Assembly (NCBI GenBank): GCA_048941265.1
Contig: JBHLNT010000011.1
Span: forward strand, 1 to 46,551
Source: Promethearchaeota archaeon
Lineage (GTDB): Archaea > Asgardarchaeota > Lokiarchaeia > Sigyniarchaeales > SOKP01
Direction of reading: 5' to 3'
DNA: 46,551 nt
Position 1 is the first letter of the stretch, and every line of letters begins with the position of its first letter. The notes below the pieces were generated by a model that was given only the letters and a program-made list of their open reading frames with translations, was not told the origin of the DNA and ran no database searches. Position numbers and translations under genes: made by a program. Shown here piece after piece: positions 8,574 to 18,647 of the stretch.

Positions 8574-9416
8574 TTAAGATAGAATTGACGATTTTAATAT
8601 ATTTGATTCTATCATATTTATTATTATCCCTAATAAAATTGTCTCATAGAATTTAAAAGAACCTCTACTTTTATCTAATATTTGTAAATTAGATGAGAGA
8701 GTATCAAATTCTTTTGAACACGTCATAATATCTTTTAGATCTTTATTGGGAAGAAATAAACTGGATTTCTTACTAAAGATAATATATAACTTTGATAATA
8801 ATTCCTTTTGCTCTTTAATAGTAGTGATAATTTTTTGAGTAATTATATTAATTTTGGGATTAATTAATATCATTCCAAGATTATTTTCATCAAATAAAAT
8901 GGAATTATATAAAACTTTTGATTTATGATCAATAATAGTGTAATAGCTCGAATTATTAATTAATTGTTTCTCTTTAAGAAAATTCAAAATGGATGTAAAA
9001 AGATTTTGAGATTTGTCTTGGAACTGTTTTTCAAAAGAAAACCGTTTTAGGGATGATTTGATGTTAAGGGTTATATTGACAACGTTAAAACCATAACTAG
9101 CTAGACCCTCTGTTAAGACCTTAAATACCCTTTTTCTCAGGTTAGCTCTAATTAATAATATTGATGGTTTTCGCATATTGCTATCTTTTAAGACATTATT
9201 CACCGTAATACTAAAGTTTTTGACTATAATATCTTGATTAAATTGCTTAAAAGATTGGGATTTAAAAAAAAATTGGTGTAATGCAATATTAGATAAAGTG
9301 GATCTCCATCTATAACTCTCCTTGAAAATTTTCACCGTAACCAAGAAGACGATTAATAAAATAATTACGACTGAATCGATGAATATCCAATTAAACTGAA
9401 AAATGTTTATTGCCAA
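8574..9416 (-). CDS. Hypothetical protein with N-terminal TM helix, degenerate alpha/beta-hydrolase-like pattern
   Basis: Hydrophobic N-terminus; LTEGLASYGFNVV segment; no nucleophile elbow seen. Confidence 0.6.
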   Translation of the reverse strand: MAINIFQFNWIFIDSVVIILLIVFLVTVKIFKESYRWRSTLSNIALHQFFFKSQSFKQFNQDIIVKNFSITVNNVLKDSNMRKPSILLIRANLRKRVFKVLTEGLASYGFNVVNITLNIKSSLKRFSFEKQFQDKSQNLFTSILNFLKEKQLINNSSYYTIIDHKSKVLYNSILFDENNLGMILINPKINIITQKIITTIKEQKELLSKLYIIFSKKSSLFLPNKDLKDIMTCSKEFDTLSSNLQILDKSRGSFKFYETILLGIIINMIESNILKSSILS

Positions 9417-9417
9417 G

Positions 9418-9732
9418 TTATTCTACAACTTCTTTTATCCAATTTAAATATTTTTCTAATCCTTTTTCAATTTTAAACCCAATACATTCCGGATTCTCAT
9501 AGCTATGGGTTTCAATAATCTTCTGAATAATTAAATCGCTTTTTTCATCTGTTGTTTTTATCAATAATAAATGTTCGTTATCCTCTTGAATGTTGCCTTT
9601 CCATTTATAGATAGAAAAAATATCCTTTACAAGATTCACACAAGCCGCAATTTTATTCTCAACTAAGATTCTTGCTATCTTTTTTCCCTCTTCTATACTA
9701 GGTACAGTAACAAAAAACAGGTATGGACTCAT
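9418..9732 (-). CDS. cutA: Divalent-cation tolerance protein CutA
   Basis: IAACVN, SIYKWKG, LLIKT, HSYENPE motifs. Confidence 0.95.
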   Translation of the reverse strand: MSPYLFFVTVPSIEEGKKIARILVENKIAACVNLVKDIFSIYKWKGNIQEDNEHLLLIKTTDEKSDLIIQKIIETHSYENPECIGFKIEKGLEKYLNWIKEVVE

Positions 9733-9964
9733 TTCACCTATATCACCTTCATTCTATCACTTAATGTTATAAAAGGTGGTTCTCTTAAAATTTATTTTAT
9801 AATTTTTAAAAATAGTATTCAATTAGAAAAATGAGTTTGAAAAATTCTGAAAAAAGAAAAATTAATGATTTACTCAAAAAGAAATTATAAATAATAATAA
9901 TTATATTATTATTAAAAAAATGAAATGAGTAAAAATATTTAGAAATTAAGAGGTTTAGGTCGCG

Positions 9965-10690
9965 TTGTTACATAATTTATATCTTATCCATCAGCATACG
10001 GGTATATGTCTAATCCATAGAAAATATGGAACTATTGAATTTAACCAAGATTTAGTGTCAGGTTTCCTTACAGCATTAAAAGATTTCTCAGTTGAATTCT
10101 CTAAAGGTTCAGGTGAATTAAAAGTAATTGATATGCAAGTTTTCTATTTAATGCTGGTTTTCAAGGAGGGCGTATTGGTAACGGCTGCAGCGGACAAAAA
10201 TGATGATAGTAAAATCACTCATCGGGTTTTAAGTGATATTATTGATAGGTTTACAAATCAGTATGGTGAAACCATTAAGACATGGAAAGGAGACGTAAGG
10301 ATTTTTAAAGACTTTCATGAAAAAATTGATGACATTTTACAAAATGGTAGAGTTGCTGAAATAAAACTAAGAATTCCTATTCTAAAAATTTATAAAAAAG
10401 ATTTTGAGAAATCACAGAAAAAACTGGCCAAAAGTGGATTGATTATCTCGGAAGAGGATTTAAGGAAGGTTTCAGATAAAAAACCTGAATGGACTAAAAA
10501 GAGATTACCAAAACAGGTAATATCTCAAGGATTTTTAGACAATAGGCAGTATGAAATCGCTCATTTAGCCGATGGGTTCCATACAGTTGCTGATATTGCT
10601 GAAGAAGTTGGAGTTCCTGAGGGAGATGTTCAAATTATCATAGATAGTTTGGATTCTTTGGGTTTGCTCCAATTTATAGAAATTGAATAA
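9965..10690 (+). CDS. Longin-domain protein with C-terminal winged HTH
   Basis: LYLIHQHTGICL...QDLVSGFLTALKDFS longin pattern; ADGFHTVADIAEEVGV HTH. Confidence 0.75.
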   Translation: MLHNLYLIHQHTGICLIHRKYGTIEFNQDLVSGFLTALKDFSVEFSKGSGELKVIDMQVFYLMLVFKEGVLVTAAADKNDDSKITHRVLSDIIDRFTNQYGETIKTWKGDVRIFKDFHEKIDDILQNGRVAEIKLRIPILKIYKKDFEKSQKKLAKSGLIISEEDLRKVSDKKPEWTKKRLPKQVISQGFLDNRQYEIAHLADGFHTVADIAEEVGVPEGDVQIIIDSLDSLGLLQFIEIE

Positions 10691-10912
10691 CAGGGTTTTG
10701 ATATTCTTTACTTTTACTTATTGAAAATAAATTTACAAATAGTTTTTATAAATAATTTCATATAATTCATTCACTTTAAATGTAGAATTTGAATTTCCAT
10801 AATTTAATTAAATAAATCCTTATTTTCTGTTATTATAATAAAAAATTTAAATGATTTTGATATTAAACAATTAACCTTTTGAAACTTGTATGATAAAATA
10901 TTGTGATCAAGG

Positions 10913-12388
10913 ATGAATTTAAATAGGATAGACGAAAACATCTATGAGATAAAACCTAAGGCATTAATGGTAAGAGTTCACGGTGAGATTAAAAAGTTTC
11001 AGATGCGTGTTCCTGCTCATATTTATGCGAATGAATATATTTTAGGGAGGATTCAACAAGATAGAACTTTGGAGCAAATTAGTAATGTTGCTTGTTTACC
11101 TGGAATTGAAAAGCATGCAATTGCTCTTTCAGATGCTCATCAAGGCTATGGTTTTTGCATTGGTGGTGTAGCTGGAACCGATGCCAACTCTGGAATGATA
11201 TCTCCCGGAGGAGTGGGTTATGATATCAACTGTGGAGTTAGGCTTCTTCGCACTAATTTGTTTTTAAAAGAGATACAACAAATACTCCCAGATTTATTAA
11301 ATTCTATCTTTAGAAATATCCCTTCTGGATTAGGATCCAAAGGTAAATTAAATATAAATTATTCTGATTTAGATAATGTTTTAAATAATGGTTTAAATTG
11401 GGCGTTAGAAAAAGGTTATGCCATCGAAGAGGACTTAACCCATTGCGAAGAAAATGGTTGTTTGAAAAATGCAGATGCAAGTTTAGTATCCGAAAAAGCA
11501 AAACAGAGAGCGATCAAACAGCTAGGTTCTTTAGGGAGTGGAAATCATTTTCTTGAAATTCAGAAGATCGATGAGATTTTTAATAAAGATATTGCAAATA
11601 AATTAGGATTTTACGATACAAATCAAATAACAGTCATGGTACATACTGGTAGCAGAGCTTTAGGACATCAAGTATGTACGGATTCATTACGAAATATTGA
11701 ACGAGCTATGAAGAAATATAATATCGAAGTACCTGATAGAGAATTGGCATGTGTACCAGCTGATACACCAGAAGCACAAAATTATTTAAATCAAATGGCT
11801 TGTGCTGCTAATTTTGGATTTAATAATCGACAATTAATAACTCATTGGATTAGAGAATCTTTTCAAAAATTCTTCAATAAAAAAGATTTTGATGAATTGG
11901 ATTTACATTTAATTTATGGTGTTTGCCACAATATATTAAAAATTGAGGAACATGTGGTCGATGGCAAAAAAATGAAATTAAATGTTCATAGAAAGGGTGC
12001 TACTAGAGCGTTCCCACCTGGCCATTCAGAGATTCCCCGGGACTATAAAGATATAGGACAGCCAGCCTTAATTCCGGGAACAATGGGTTCTGCTTCTTAT
12101 ATATGCGTTGGAAAACCGAAAGCTATGGATTTATCATTTGGTTCAACTGCTCATGGATCTGGAAGATTAATGTCTCGTTCTAAGGCTAAAAAGAGATATT
12201 GGGGAGAACAAATCAAACAAGATTTAAGTCAAAAAGGGATCCTTATAAAAGCTGCTTCAATGCAAGTAATTGCCGAAGAAGCTCCAGGAGCGTATAAAGA
12301 TATTGATCAAGTAGTAAATGTTAGTCATGACCTTGGAATTGTAGAAAAGGTTGTTAGACTAGTGCCTGTAGGTGTTGTTAAAGGATAA
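10913..12388 (+). CDS. rtcB: tRNA-splicing ligase RtcB
   Basis: DAHQGYG, GYDINCG, GSGNHFLE, HTGSR, HRKGAT, STAHGSGR, EEAPGAYK. Confidence 0.97.
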   Translation: MNLNRIDENIYEIKPKALMVRVHGEIKKFQMRVPAHIYANEYILGRIQQDRTLEQISNVACLPGIEKHAIALSDAHQGYGFCIGGVAGTDANSGMISPGGVGYDINCGVRLLRTNLFLKEIQQILPDLLNSIFRNIPSGLGSKGKLNINYSDLDNVLNNGLNWALEKGYAIEEDLTHCEENGCLKNADASLVSEKAKQRAIKQLGSLGSGNHFLEIQKIDEIFNKDIANKLGFYDTNQITVMVHTGSRALGHQVCTDSLRNIERAMKKYNIEVPDRELACVPADTPEAQNYLNQMACAANFGFNNRQLITHWIRESFQKFFNKKDFDELDLHLIYGVCHNILKIEEHVVDGKKMKLNVHRKGATRAFPPGHSEIPRDYKDIGQPALIPGTMGSASYICVGKPKAMDLSFGSTAHGSGRLMSRSKAKKRYWGEQIKQDLSQKGILIKAASMQVIAEEAPGAYKDIDQVVNVSHDLGIVEKVVRLVPVGVVKG

Positions 12389-12394
12389 AAAGGA

Positions 12395-12832
12395 TCATAT
12401 ATCAAACACTATATTAATTTCCACTCTATTTAATTCTTCTTCTATTTTCATAAAAGAATAGGTAATTGCTTTAACTTCTATTCCAATTTCATGCTTATTT
12501 TTATCAAATTTTTCACCTTTTAGGATTGCCTGTAATTCATATTGTTCATTAACTTTTTTAATGTATTTCACCTCGATTTCACTAAATACTAATTCTTCAA
12601 CATCAAAAAGATATAAAAATTCACTTAGAAAATCAAACAAGAGAGCTTCCTTATCTTCTGCTCCAATTCTTATAACTTTATCAATTTTGGGCTTTATTTT
12701 CGTTAAATCTGGAGTAATTGTCGCCATTAAACTTAATGCTGTTTGAGCAAAAGCTTCTTCAAGGGTCTTAGCCCAGGATTTAACTTGTACATCTGCTGTA
12801 TGATCGATGAAAGTATAGCCTGATTCCTTCAT
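12395..12832 (-). CDS. Archease (RtcB activator)
   Basis: DHTAD, EVKAITY, C-terminal FDI; convergent with rtcB. Confidence 0.95.
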   Translation of the reverse strand: MKESGYTFIDHTADVQVKSWAKTLEEAFAQTALSLMATITPDLTKIKPKIDKVIRIGAEDKEALLFDFLSEFLYLFDVEELVFSEIEVKYIKKVNEQYELQAILKGEKFDKNKHEIGIEVKAITYSFMKIEEELNRVEINIVFDI

Positions 12833-12933
12833 GAATTGCTTTATTTTTTATCAGCTATTTTATAATTGTTATTATAGTAATTATAAGATAAAAATATATG
12901 AGTTTAAAATAGTTTTAATAAATTTGTTTATGT

Positions 12934-13431
12934 ATGTTGAGTTTATTTGAGACTAATAATTTTTTCTCATTGAAGATTTCAATGAAAAAACGATATTCAA
13001 ATGATGAATTAATTTATTATCGCTACTTTTATAAAAAAACTAATGTTTATCCTGAACACATAATAATCATTAGGAATTTTATCTTTTTTTTTGTGAAAAA
13101 TCAGGATTATTTTAAAGCAAAGCTCCATTTGGGTTCATTTAGAAGGAATTTGGGGAGTAAGGTGCTAATAGTAAGAGCAGAGAACATTTTAATAAATTTG
13201 TTATTTGGATTCTTTCCAGACCTTTATATTCACGATATTGTAAGCAGCATAAATAAATATACTGGAACAGTTAATGTGATCATTTATTTTATATCTTTTG
13301 AAGAAAGAGGGATTGCCATAGGAAGAAATGGAGAATACATCAAAGCAGTTAACGAAATTTTCGAAAAATATATTAGATTTGAAAAAGACATCGATTCTAT
13401 TAAAATTAAATGTGAATTTTTTCAGCTATAA
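12934..13431 (+). CDS. Divergent archaeal NusA-like KH protein
   Basis: ERGIAIGRNGEYIK KH motif; first KH degenerate; real start may be ATG at 12982. Confidence 0.6.
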   Translation: MLSLFETNNFFSLKISMKKRYSNDELIYYRYFYKKTNVYPEHIIIIRNFIFFFVKNQDYFKAKLHLGSFRRNLGSKVLIVRAENILINLLFGFFPDLYIHDIVSSINKYTGTVNVIIYFISFEERGIAIGRNGEYIKAVNEIFEKYIRFEKDIDSIKIKCEFFQL

Positions 13432-13436
13432 CCTAA

Positions 13437-14198
13437 TTACCAAGGGACATCTTTTAAGCCTAAAAAAAAAGCGACTGTATTAGCAATAACACTGACTGAA
13501 GGGGTTAAAATAAGGAGAAATATTATTATATTTATATCTGGAATCCAAAACAAATCTGGAATAAAAATAGCAGGAATAGAAGTTAAGAGAATGGCAAATA
13601 GGGCGAAATCAAGCTGATCGATTAGAGGTGCAGGTGCGCCACTTTCCATATTAAAACGCCTTTTAAGAAAACTTCCAATGAGATCCCCTAGGGCAGCGCC
13701 GTAAGCACATAAAACTATTCTAATAATAAGAGATACAAATCCAGCTGGAAAGGTTCCCCCAATGAAGTAGTATTTATAATAAGAGATATCCTTATAAAGT
13801 ACAAATAGTCCTTCTTTGGCGGATCCCCTTTGATATTCAGCAATAGATGGCCATATAATTAGAAAAAGAAAAGCAACTGCAATGGAAATTGGAATCCCCA
13901 AAAATAACGGTCCTTTAATTAATCCATTCCAAGTTTTATGATCTCCAAAAATTCTTCTACCATCCCTAAAATATTTTCCTTTATCAATAGGTTTACCTCC
14001 TCCTACAAGTACCATTCCAGCATTAGAGATATATGCGGGAAAAATGAAAAGAAGACTAAAGAGTAAAATGGCAATCCAATCTGAATAACTATAAACCAGA
14101 GAAATGATGAGAAAATCTAAAAATAATAAACAAGCAAAGAAAAGTGCCAAACCAAAAGTAATTTTTTTATGCCTTTCTTCGATAAGATTTTTTTCCAC
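13437..14198 (-). CDS. carS: CDP-archaeol synthase
   Basis: PAYISN, PIDKG...DGRRIFGDHKTW, GDLIGSFLKRR, DQLDF, LKDVPW. Confidence 0.95.
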   Translation of the reverse strand: MEKNLIEERHKKITFGLALFFACLLFLDFLIISLVYSYSDWIAILLFSLLFIFPAYISNAGMVLVGGGKPIDKGKYFRDGRRIFGDHKTWNGLIKGPLFLGIPISIAVAFLFLIIWPSIAEYQRGSAKEGLFVLYKDISYYKYYFIGGTFPAGFVSLIIRIVLCAYGAALGDLIGSFLKRRFNMESGAPAPLIDQLDFALFAILLTSIPAIFIPDLFWIPDINIIIFLLILTPSVSVIANTVAFFLGLKDVPW

Positions 14199-14595
14199 GT
14201 TTTTTTCCTTCTAATTATTGAGAAATTTTTCTTAAAAATTAGATAATTAAATGTTATTATTATTAATAATATTATTTTTTTAAGGTTTTAAATGAATTTT
14301 TGGAATTTTTTTAAGATATTTATTAATACAAGCTTAATAGATATTGTTTGGCAAATAATTATCTTTAAAATTTCCGACAATAATATTGTTAATTATTGAT
14401 AAGGTTATACATTTTAGAGATTATATTAAACATTTAACATTTAGAATTTAATTTGATGATTAATAAGTAACTTTATAAATGGGTTTCGACTGCAATATAT
14501 ACATTGATATAGATATGGAAGTTCGAAATAATGATTGATTTTAACAACAATAAAACCATTATTTCGAGTGGACTAACTAATAAAGGTGCGATGAA
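14199..14595. promoter_or_regulatory. Candidate replication origin / cdc6 regulatory region
   Basis: ~400 bp very AT-rich intergenic directly upstream of cdc6; mini-ORB-like TTTCGAGTGGA (14562-14572) and TTTCGACTGCA (14484-14494); 11-bp inverted repeat 14523-14533/14557-14567. Confidence 0.45.
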
Positions 14596-15891
14596 GTGTT
14601 GAAAAATCCAAATGAATTTAATATTGACAGATTCTATGAAAAATATCGAAATGGACCAAAAATTTTTAAAAAAAGAGATGCCTTAGAACCGTCTTTTATT
14701 CCAGATGAATTACCTCATAGAGATGCCCAAATCCAAAAAGTGGCCGAATTGACGGCATGTGCCTTGCTTGGAGACACTCCCCCAAATTTTTTATGCTATG
14801 GATCAACAGGTACTGGTAAAACTGCAACAATTCGATATGTGAGTCAGAAATTAGAGCAACAATGTACAGAAGATAAACCATGGTGGATTTATATTAACTG
14901 TAGCGTAGTTTCTACACCATATAGAATATTAGCTCATATTTATAATAGGATTTCTGGATCTGAAAAGATACCTCCGACAGGGCTTCCAAAAGATATTATC
15001 TTTAAAAAGTTATTAGGTATTTTAGATCAGAAGGTTCAATCCATATGCTTTTTAGTATTAGATGAGATAGATATGTTAATTGAAAATCAAAAGGGAACAG
15101 AAATTCTGTATGATTTAACAAGATTAAATGAAAATTTAGATTGGTGTAAAACTAGTGTAATTGGGATTTCTAACAAATTAAAATTCAAGGATTATTTAGA
15201 TCCTAGAGTTGTATCGAGTCTGGGGCAAGAACATATAGTATTTCCCTCATATAATGCAGATGAATTAAGAGATATCCTCAATGAAAGAGCAAAGATCGCA
15301 TTTCATGAGGGAGTTATTAAGGATGATGTGATTCCTTTATGTGCGGCATTAGCAGCGAAGGAACATGGAGATGCTAGAAAAGCGCTCCAATTATTAAGAA
15401 AAGCAGGAGAATTGGCGGCAAGAGCTCAAAATAAATCAGTAACTCATAAACATATCGATGATGCTCAAAATGATTTAGAAAAAAATCATATTGTTGAATA
15501 CATAAAAGGGTTGCCCCTCCAAGCGCAAGTTGTGCTATCAGCAATTTTCTTAATTTCAAAATTTAGTCCGGATCATATCATAACTTCAGGAGATATTTAT
15601 GAAGTCTATTCTAAATTAACCCTAAAAATACCTGGAGTACGCAGATTAACAGAGAGAAGAATTAGCGATTATATTAATGAGTTAGCCCTAGCAGGCATAA
15701 TACTTGCGAATTTAAAATCAATGGGTCATTATGGGAGGACTAAATTCATTAAATTAGATATAGACTTGGAATTATTAGAAAATATTTTCTCAGAAATTGA
15801 CAAATTTCAAAATATATTGAATTATAAACCAATTTTATTGCAAACCGAATTTACTAGTTTTAAAAATAATATTTTTAAAAAATTAGGTTAA
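14596..15891 (+). CDS. cdc6: Orc1/Cdc6 replication initiator
   Basis: PDELPHR, Walker A GSTGTGKT, Walker B VLDEID, HGDARKA, winged helix with GHYGRT. Confidence 0.95.
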   Translation: MLKNPNEFNIDRFYEKYRNGPKIFKKRDALEPSFIPDELPHRDAQIQKVAELTACALLGDTPPNFLCYGSTGTGKTATIRYVSQKLEQQCTEDKPWWIYINCSVVSTPYRILAHIYNRISGSEKIPPTGLPKDIIFKKLLGILDQKVQSICFLVLDEIDMLIENQKGTEILYDLTRLNENLDWCKTSVIGISNKLKFKDYLDPRVVSSLGQEHIVFPSYNADELRDILNERAKIAFHEGVIKDDVIPLCAALAAKEHGDARKALQLLRKAGELAARAQNKSVTHKHIDDAQNDLEKNHIVEYIKGLPLQAQVVLSAIFLISKFSPDHIITSGDIYEVYSKLTLKIPGVRRLTERRISDYINELALAGIILANLKSMGHYGRTKFIKLDIDLELLENIFSEIDKFQNILNYKPILLQTEFTSFKNNIFKKLG

Positions 15892-16571
15892 CTTATAAAC
15901 TCCCATTTATTAATATTTTCTGCTATTTCACTCAAAAAGTGTGTAGCAGATCCCTCATCTTTTTCTTTAAGTAAAAGAAACAATTTAGCTAAATGTTTAC
16001 AAAATTTTTTGTTTTCTAATCTTCTCGTCTGAAAATCATGACAATTATGGTTTAATATTTTATTATTGGTATTAATTTCAATGATATAGGATTCTTTTTT
16101 GGAACCAGTATACTCTGCTTTAATGTTTCCTTTTTCAAAATTAAATTCTTTAATAGCAAAATCTTTTTCAGAAACGGATACTGTCCTATTAATCGTTCCT
16201 TTATCTAAGAATGCTTTTAAAAGCGTATTAAAATTTGAGTTTTTATCCATTTCAAAGTTATTTAGAGCCCTTAAACTTTGTTCTGTACTTTCTATTTTGA
16301 ATAAAATAGATTCTTTTCTTTCTGTTTGCCAATTTTTTAGCTTTTTATTTAAATTTTGAGGCAGTGTAATTATATCATGTTCATCTTTTTCCAATAATTT
16401 AGTTTCTATGGAATTTTGAATGAATTCTTTTGCTTTTTGAGGAGATAAAATGAATAATTCAAAAGAGATTGTATAAATCAACTCCTTAAGGGAAATATAC
16501 GGTAGATCTATTATTTTCCATACATATATGACAAGTTCTGACAGATTATTACGAGGAATCGCGAAGTTCAT
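15888..16571 (-). CDS. Protein with C-terminal SWIM-like Zn finger
   Basis: YIIEI...HNCHDF...FCKHL; helical N-terminal domain. Confidence 0.7.
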   Translation of the reverse strand: MNFAIPRNNLSELVIYVWKIIDLPYISLKELIYTISFELFILSPQKAKEFIQNSIETKLLEKDEHDIITLPQNLNKKLKNWQTERKESILFKIESTEQSLRALNNFEMDKNSNFNTLLKAFLDKGTINRTVSVSEKDFAIKEFNFEKGNIKAEYTGSKKESYIIEINTNNKILNHNCHDFQTRRLENKKFCKHLAKLFLLLKEKDEGSATHFLSEIAENINKWEFIS

Positions 16572-16617
16572 GATTTTTTCAAAAATTTGAAAAACTTATT
16601 CATCTAAATAATATAAA

Positions 16618-18414
16618 TTAATAATTCTTAAAATCAATTGCAGATCCCTTTAAAGTATCTAATTCAATCGTACTAATTATTCCGGGCGTAGGACTTATTC
16701 CAAAACTCTTCATAAAATCGGTTTGTGATTGAAAACATCCCGAATTAACCAAAGATACTTGATTATATTTTCCCATCCCATAAATATGTACATGTCCTGT
16801 GTGGAATATATCAGGAATTTTATCTATTACAAGCCAATCCTTATTAATTGGAGCAATTTGTGTTTTCTTTCCATAAATTGGAGCTAAATGTCTGCAAATT
16901 AGTAATTCTTTCATGGTTTCGATTGGATTATTATTATCTAATCCAGGAATCAACTGATTCATATCAATTAAGCTATCTCCATGGAAGACTAGTGTTTTTA
17001 CATTATGTGTTTTAATAACAGCAGGATTTCCGATACATTTAATTCCATTATTAATTAAGGGTTCAACATACTTTTTAGGCACTGCAGGTCGAGGAATAGC
17101 ATTTCTAACAGGTTCATGATTACCAGAACTATAAAAAATCTTTATATACTCGGGGATTTCAGAAATTAATTCTGAAGCTTTTTTATATTGATGATATAAG
17201 TCTTTGATTATTAAATCTTCCTCTTGATTAGGATACACACCGATACCATCGATTAAATCTCCATTAATAATAATATATTTAATCCTTCCTGCAATTTCTC
17301 TTAAATTTTTATTGCCAATTTTGCCATTTAAGAACATTACAAATCTATTCCACAAATTTTCTTCAAATTCCTTACTTCCGATATGTGTATCAGAAATAAG
17401 GGTTATCGAGATAGGATCAGGAGATAATTCTGGTTGAAAATCTCCGGGAATGTCTATTTTCGTTAAATTATTTGAAAACATTATCCCTTTTTTACCCGTT
17501 TCTCCTGGATTATAAATGCCATCAACAAAAATCATTTGATCCATAATAGTTCTTTCAAGAGTTTTAATAATTTCTTGATTTTCGATATCTTTTTTAATAA
17601 TTACATTTGTTTTACCTGTTTTATCTTCTAAAGTAAGAAAGTAATTTCCGTTTTTGGTCTTCCTTATCTCATTTACCATCCCTATAATGGCAAGCTCTTG
17701 GCTTTTTGTATTTCTTAATACGTTACCAATATTTGTTGCTGAGAGTGTATCGCCACGTTTTTTCATTAACTCTGAAAGCTGGTTAAATTTATCTATAGTT
17801 AATGCATAAAAATCATCATAATCTCCGTTTGTGTATATTTTTCCCGTTGGATCTTTAAGTACTTCGTATTCAACATTATATTCTTTAGCAATTGGTTTGT
17901 ATGCCAGTGTTGATTTTGCAGATTCTGTTGGTTTAATTTTTAATTCTTTTTTTTCTGTTACTTCTGGAGGTTTGTACTTTTTCGAACTTTCTTCATGGAA
18001 TACATTTTTTTGATTAATTTCTGCTTTCATTTCCTTGTAGTCTATTGGTGAGGTAATATTCATTTGCTTTTCATTATTTATGTCTTGAAAAATGTTAGAT
18101 TTTTCATTGTAAGCATCTATTTCATTTGAAACTTGTTCAGGGAGATTAGATTCTTCTTTCAATGATAACCTCTTTAAAGCTCTTTGAATCTCATCATTTG
18201 AAATCGTTTTTAAAAAATCTTTTGTAAGATGTCCATTGAATTTTGGAATAAAGCTAGTTTCTTTAATAATAATATTCGCTTTTTCTAAGGGATTGCTTAG
18301 ATTACTAATAAATTCCAACATAAAGGGAGTTATATTTATTCCAGAATCAATAAATTTTTTGAGAATTAGCCTATATTGCTCTGAATTTAATTCGTTCAAT
18401 GTATGTTCATCCAA
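16618..18414 (-). CDS. polB: DNA polymerase D small subunit DP1
   Basis: SDTHIGS, GDLIDGIGVYP, GNHE, FHG, RHLAPIYG, HTGHVH phosphoesterase motifs; OB fold. Confidence 0.95.
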   Translation of the reverse strand: MDEHTLNELNSEQYRLILKKFIDSGINITPFMLEFISNLSNPLEKANIIIKETSFIPKFNGHLTKDFLKTISNDEIQRALKRLSLKEESNLPEQVSNEIDAYNEKSNIFQDINNEKQMNITSPIDYKEMKAEINQKNVFHEESSKKYKPPEVTEKKELKIKPTESAKSTLAYKPIAKEYNVEYEVLKDPTGKIYTNGDYDDFYALTIDKFNQLSELMKKRGDTLSATNIGNVLRNTKSQELAIIGMVNEIRKTKNGNYFLTLEDKTGKTNVIIKKDIENQEIIKTLERTIMDQMIFVDGIYNPGETGKKGIMFSNNLTKIDIPGDFQPELSPDPISITLISDTHIGSKEFEENLWNRFVMFLNGKIGNKNLREIAGRIKYIIINGDLIDGIGVYPNQEEDLIIKDLYHQYKKASELISEIPEYIKIFYSSGNHEPVRNAIPRPAVPKKYVEPLINNGIKCIGNPAVIKTHNVKTLVFHGDSLIDMNQLIPGLDNNNPIETMKELLICRHLAPIYGKKTQIAPINKDWLVIDKIPDIFHTGHVHIYGMGKYNQVSLVNSGCFQSQTDFMKSFGISPTPGIISTIELDTLKGSAIDFKNY

Positions 18415-18647
18415 AGTTGAATTATTATTATTTTAGTAGAAAACAATTAAATCCTTTGTTATTAAAGGAAAAACATTTTTTCTTTTTATATAATAAGGCA
18501 GTGATAAATTAACAATCTCTTTAGATTAAAAAATAGAATTGAATAGTGGATTAATAAGTGAATTTATTTTTTACAGAAGAATAATCATATTATATTCAGA
18601 ATATTTTATATTAAAAACTCCAAAATTAGATTATAAGGTTTTAATTC

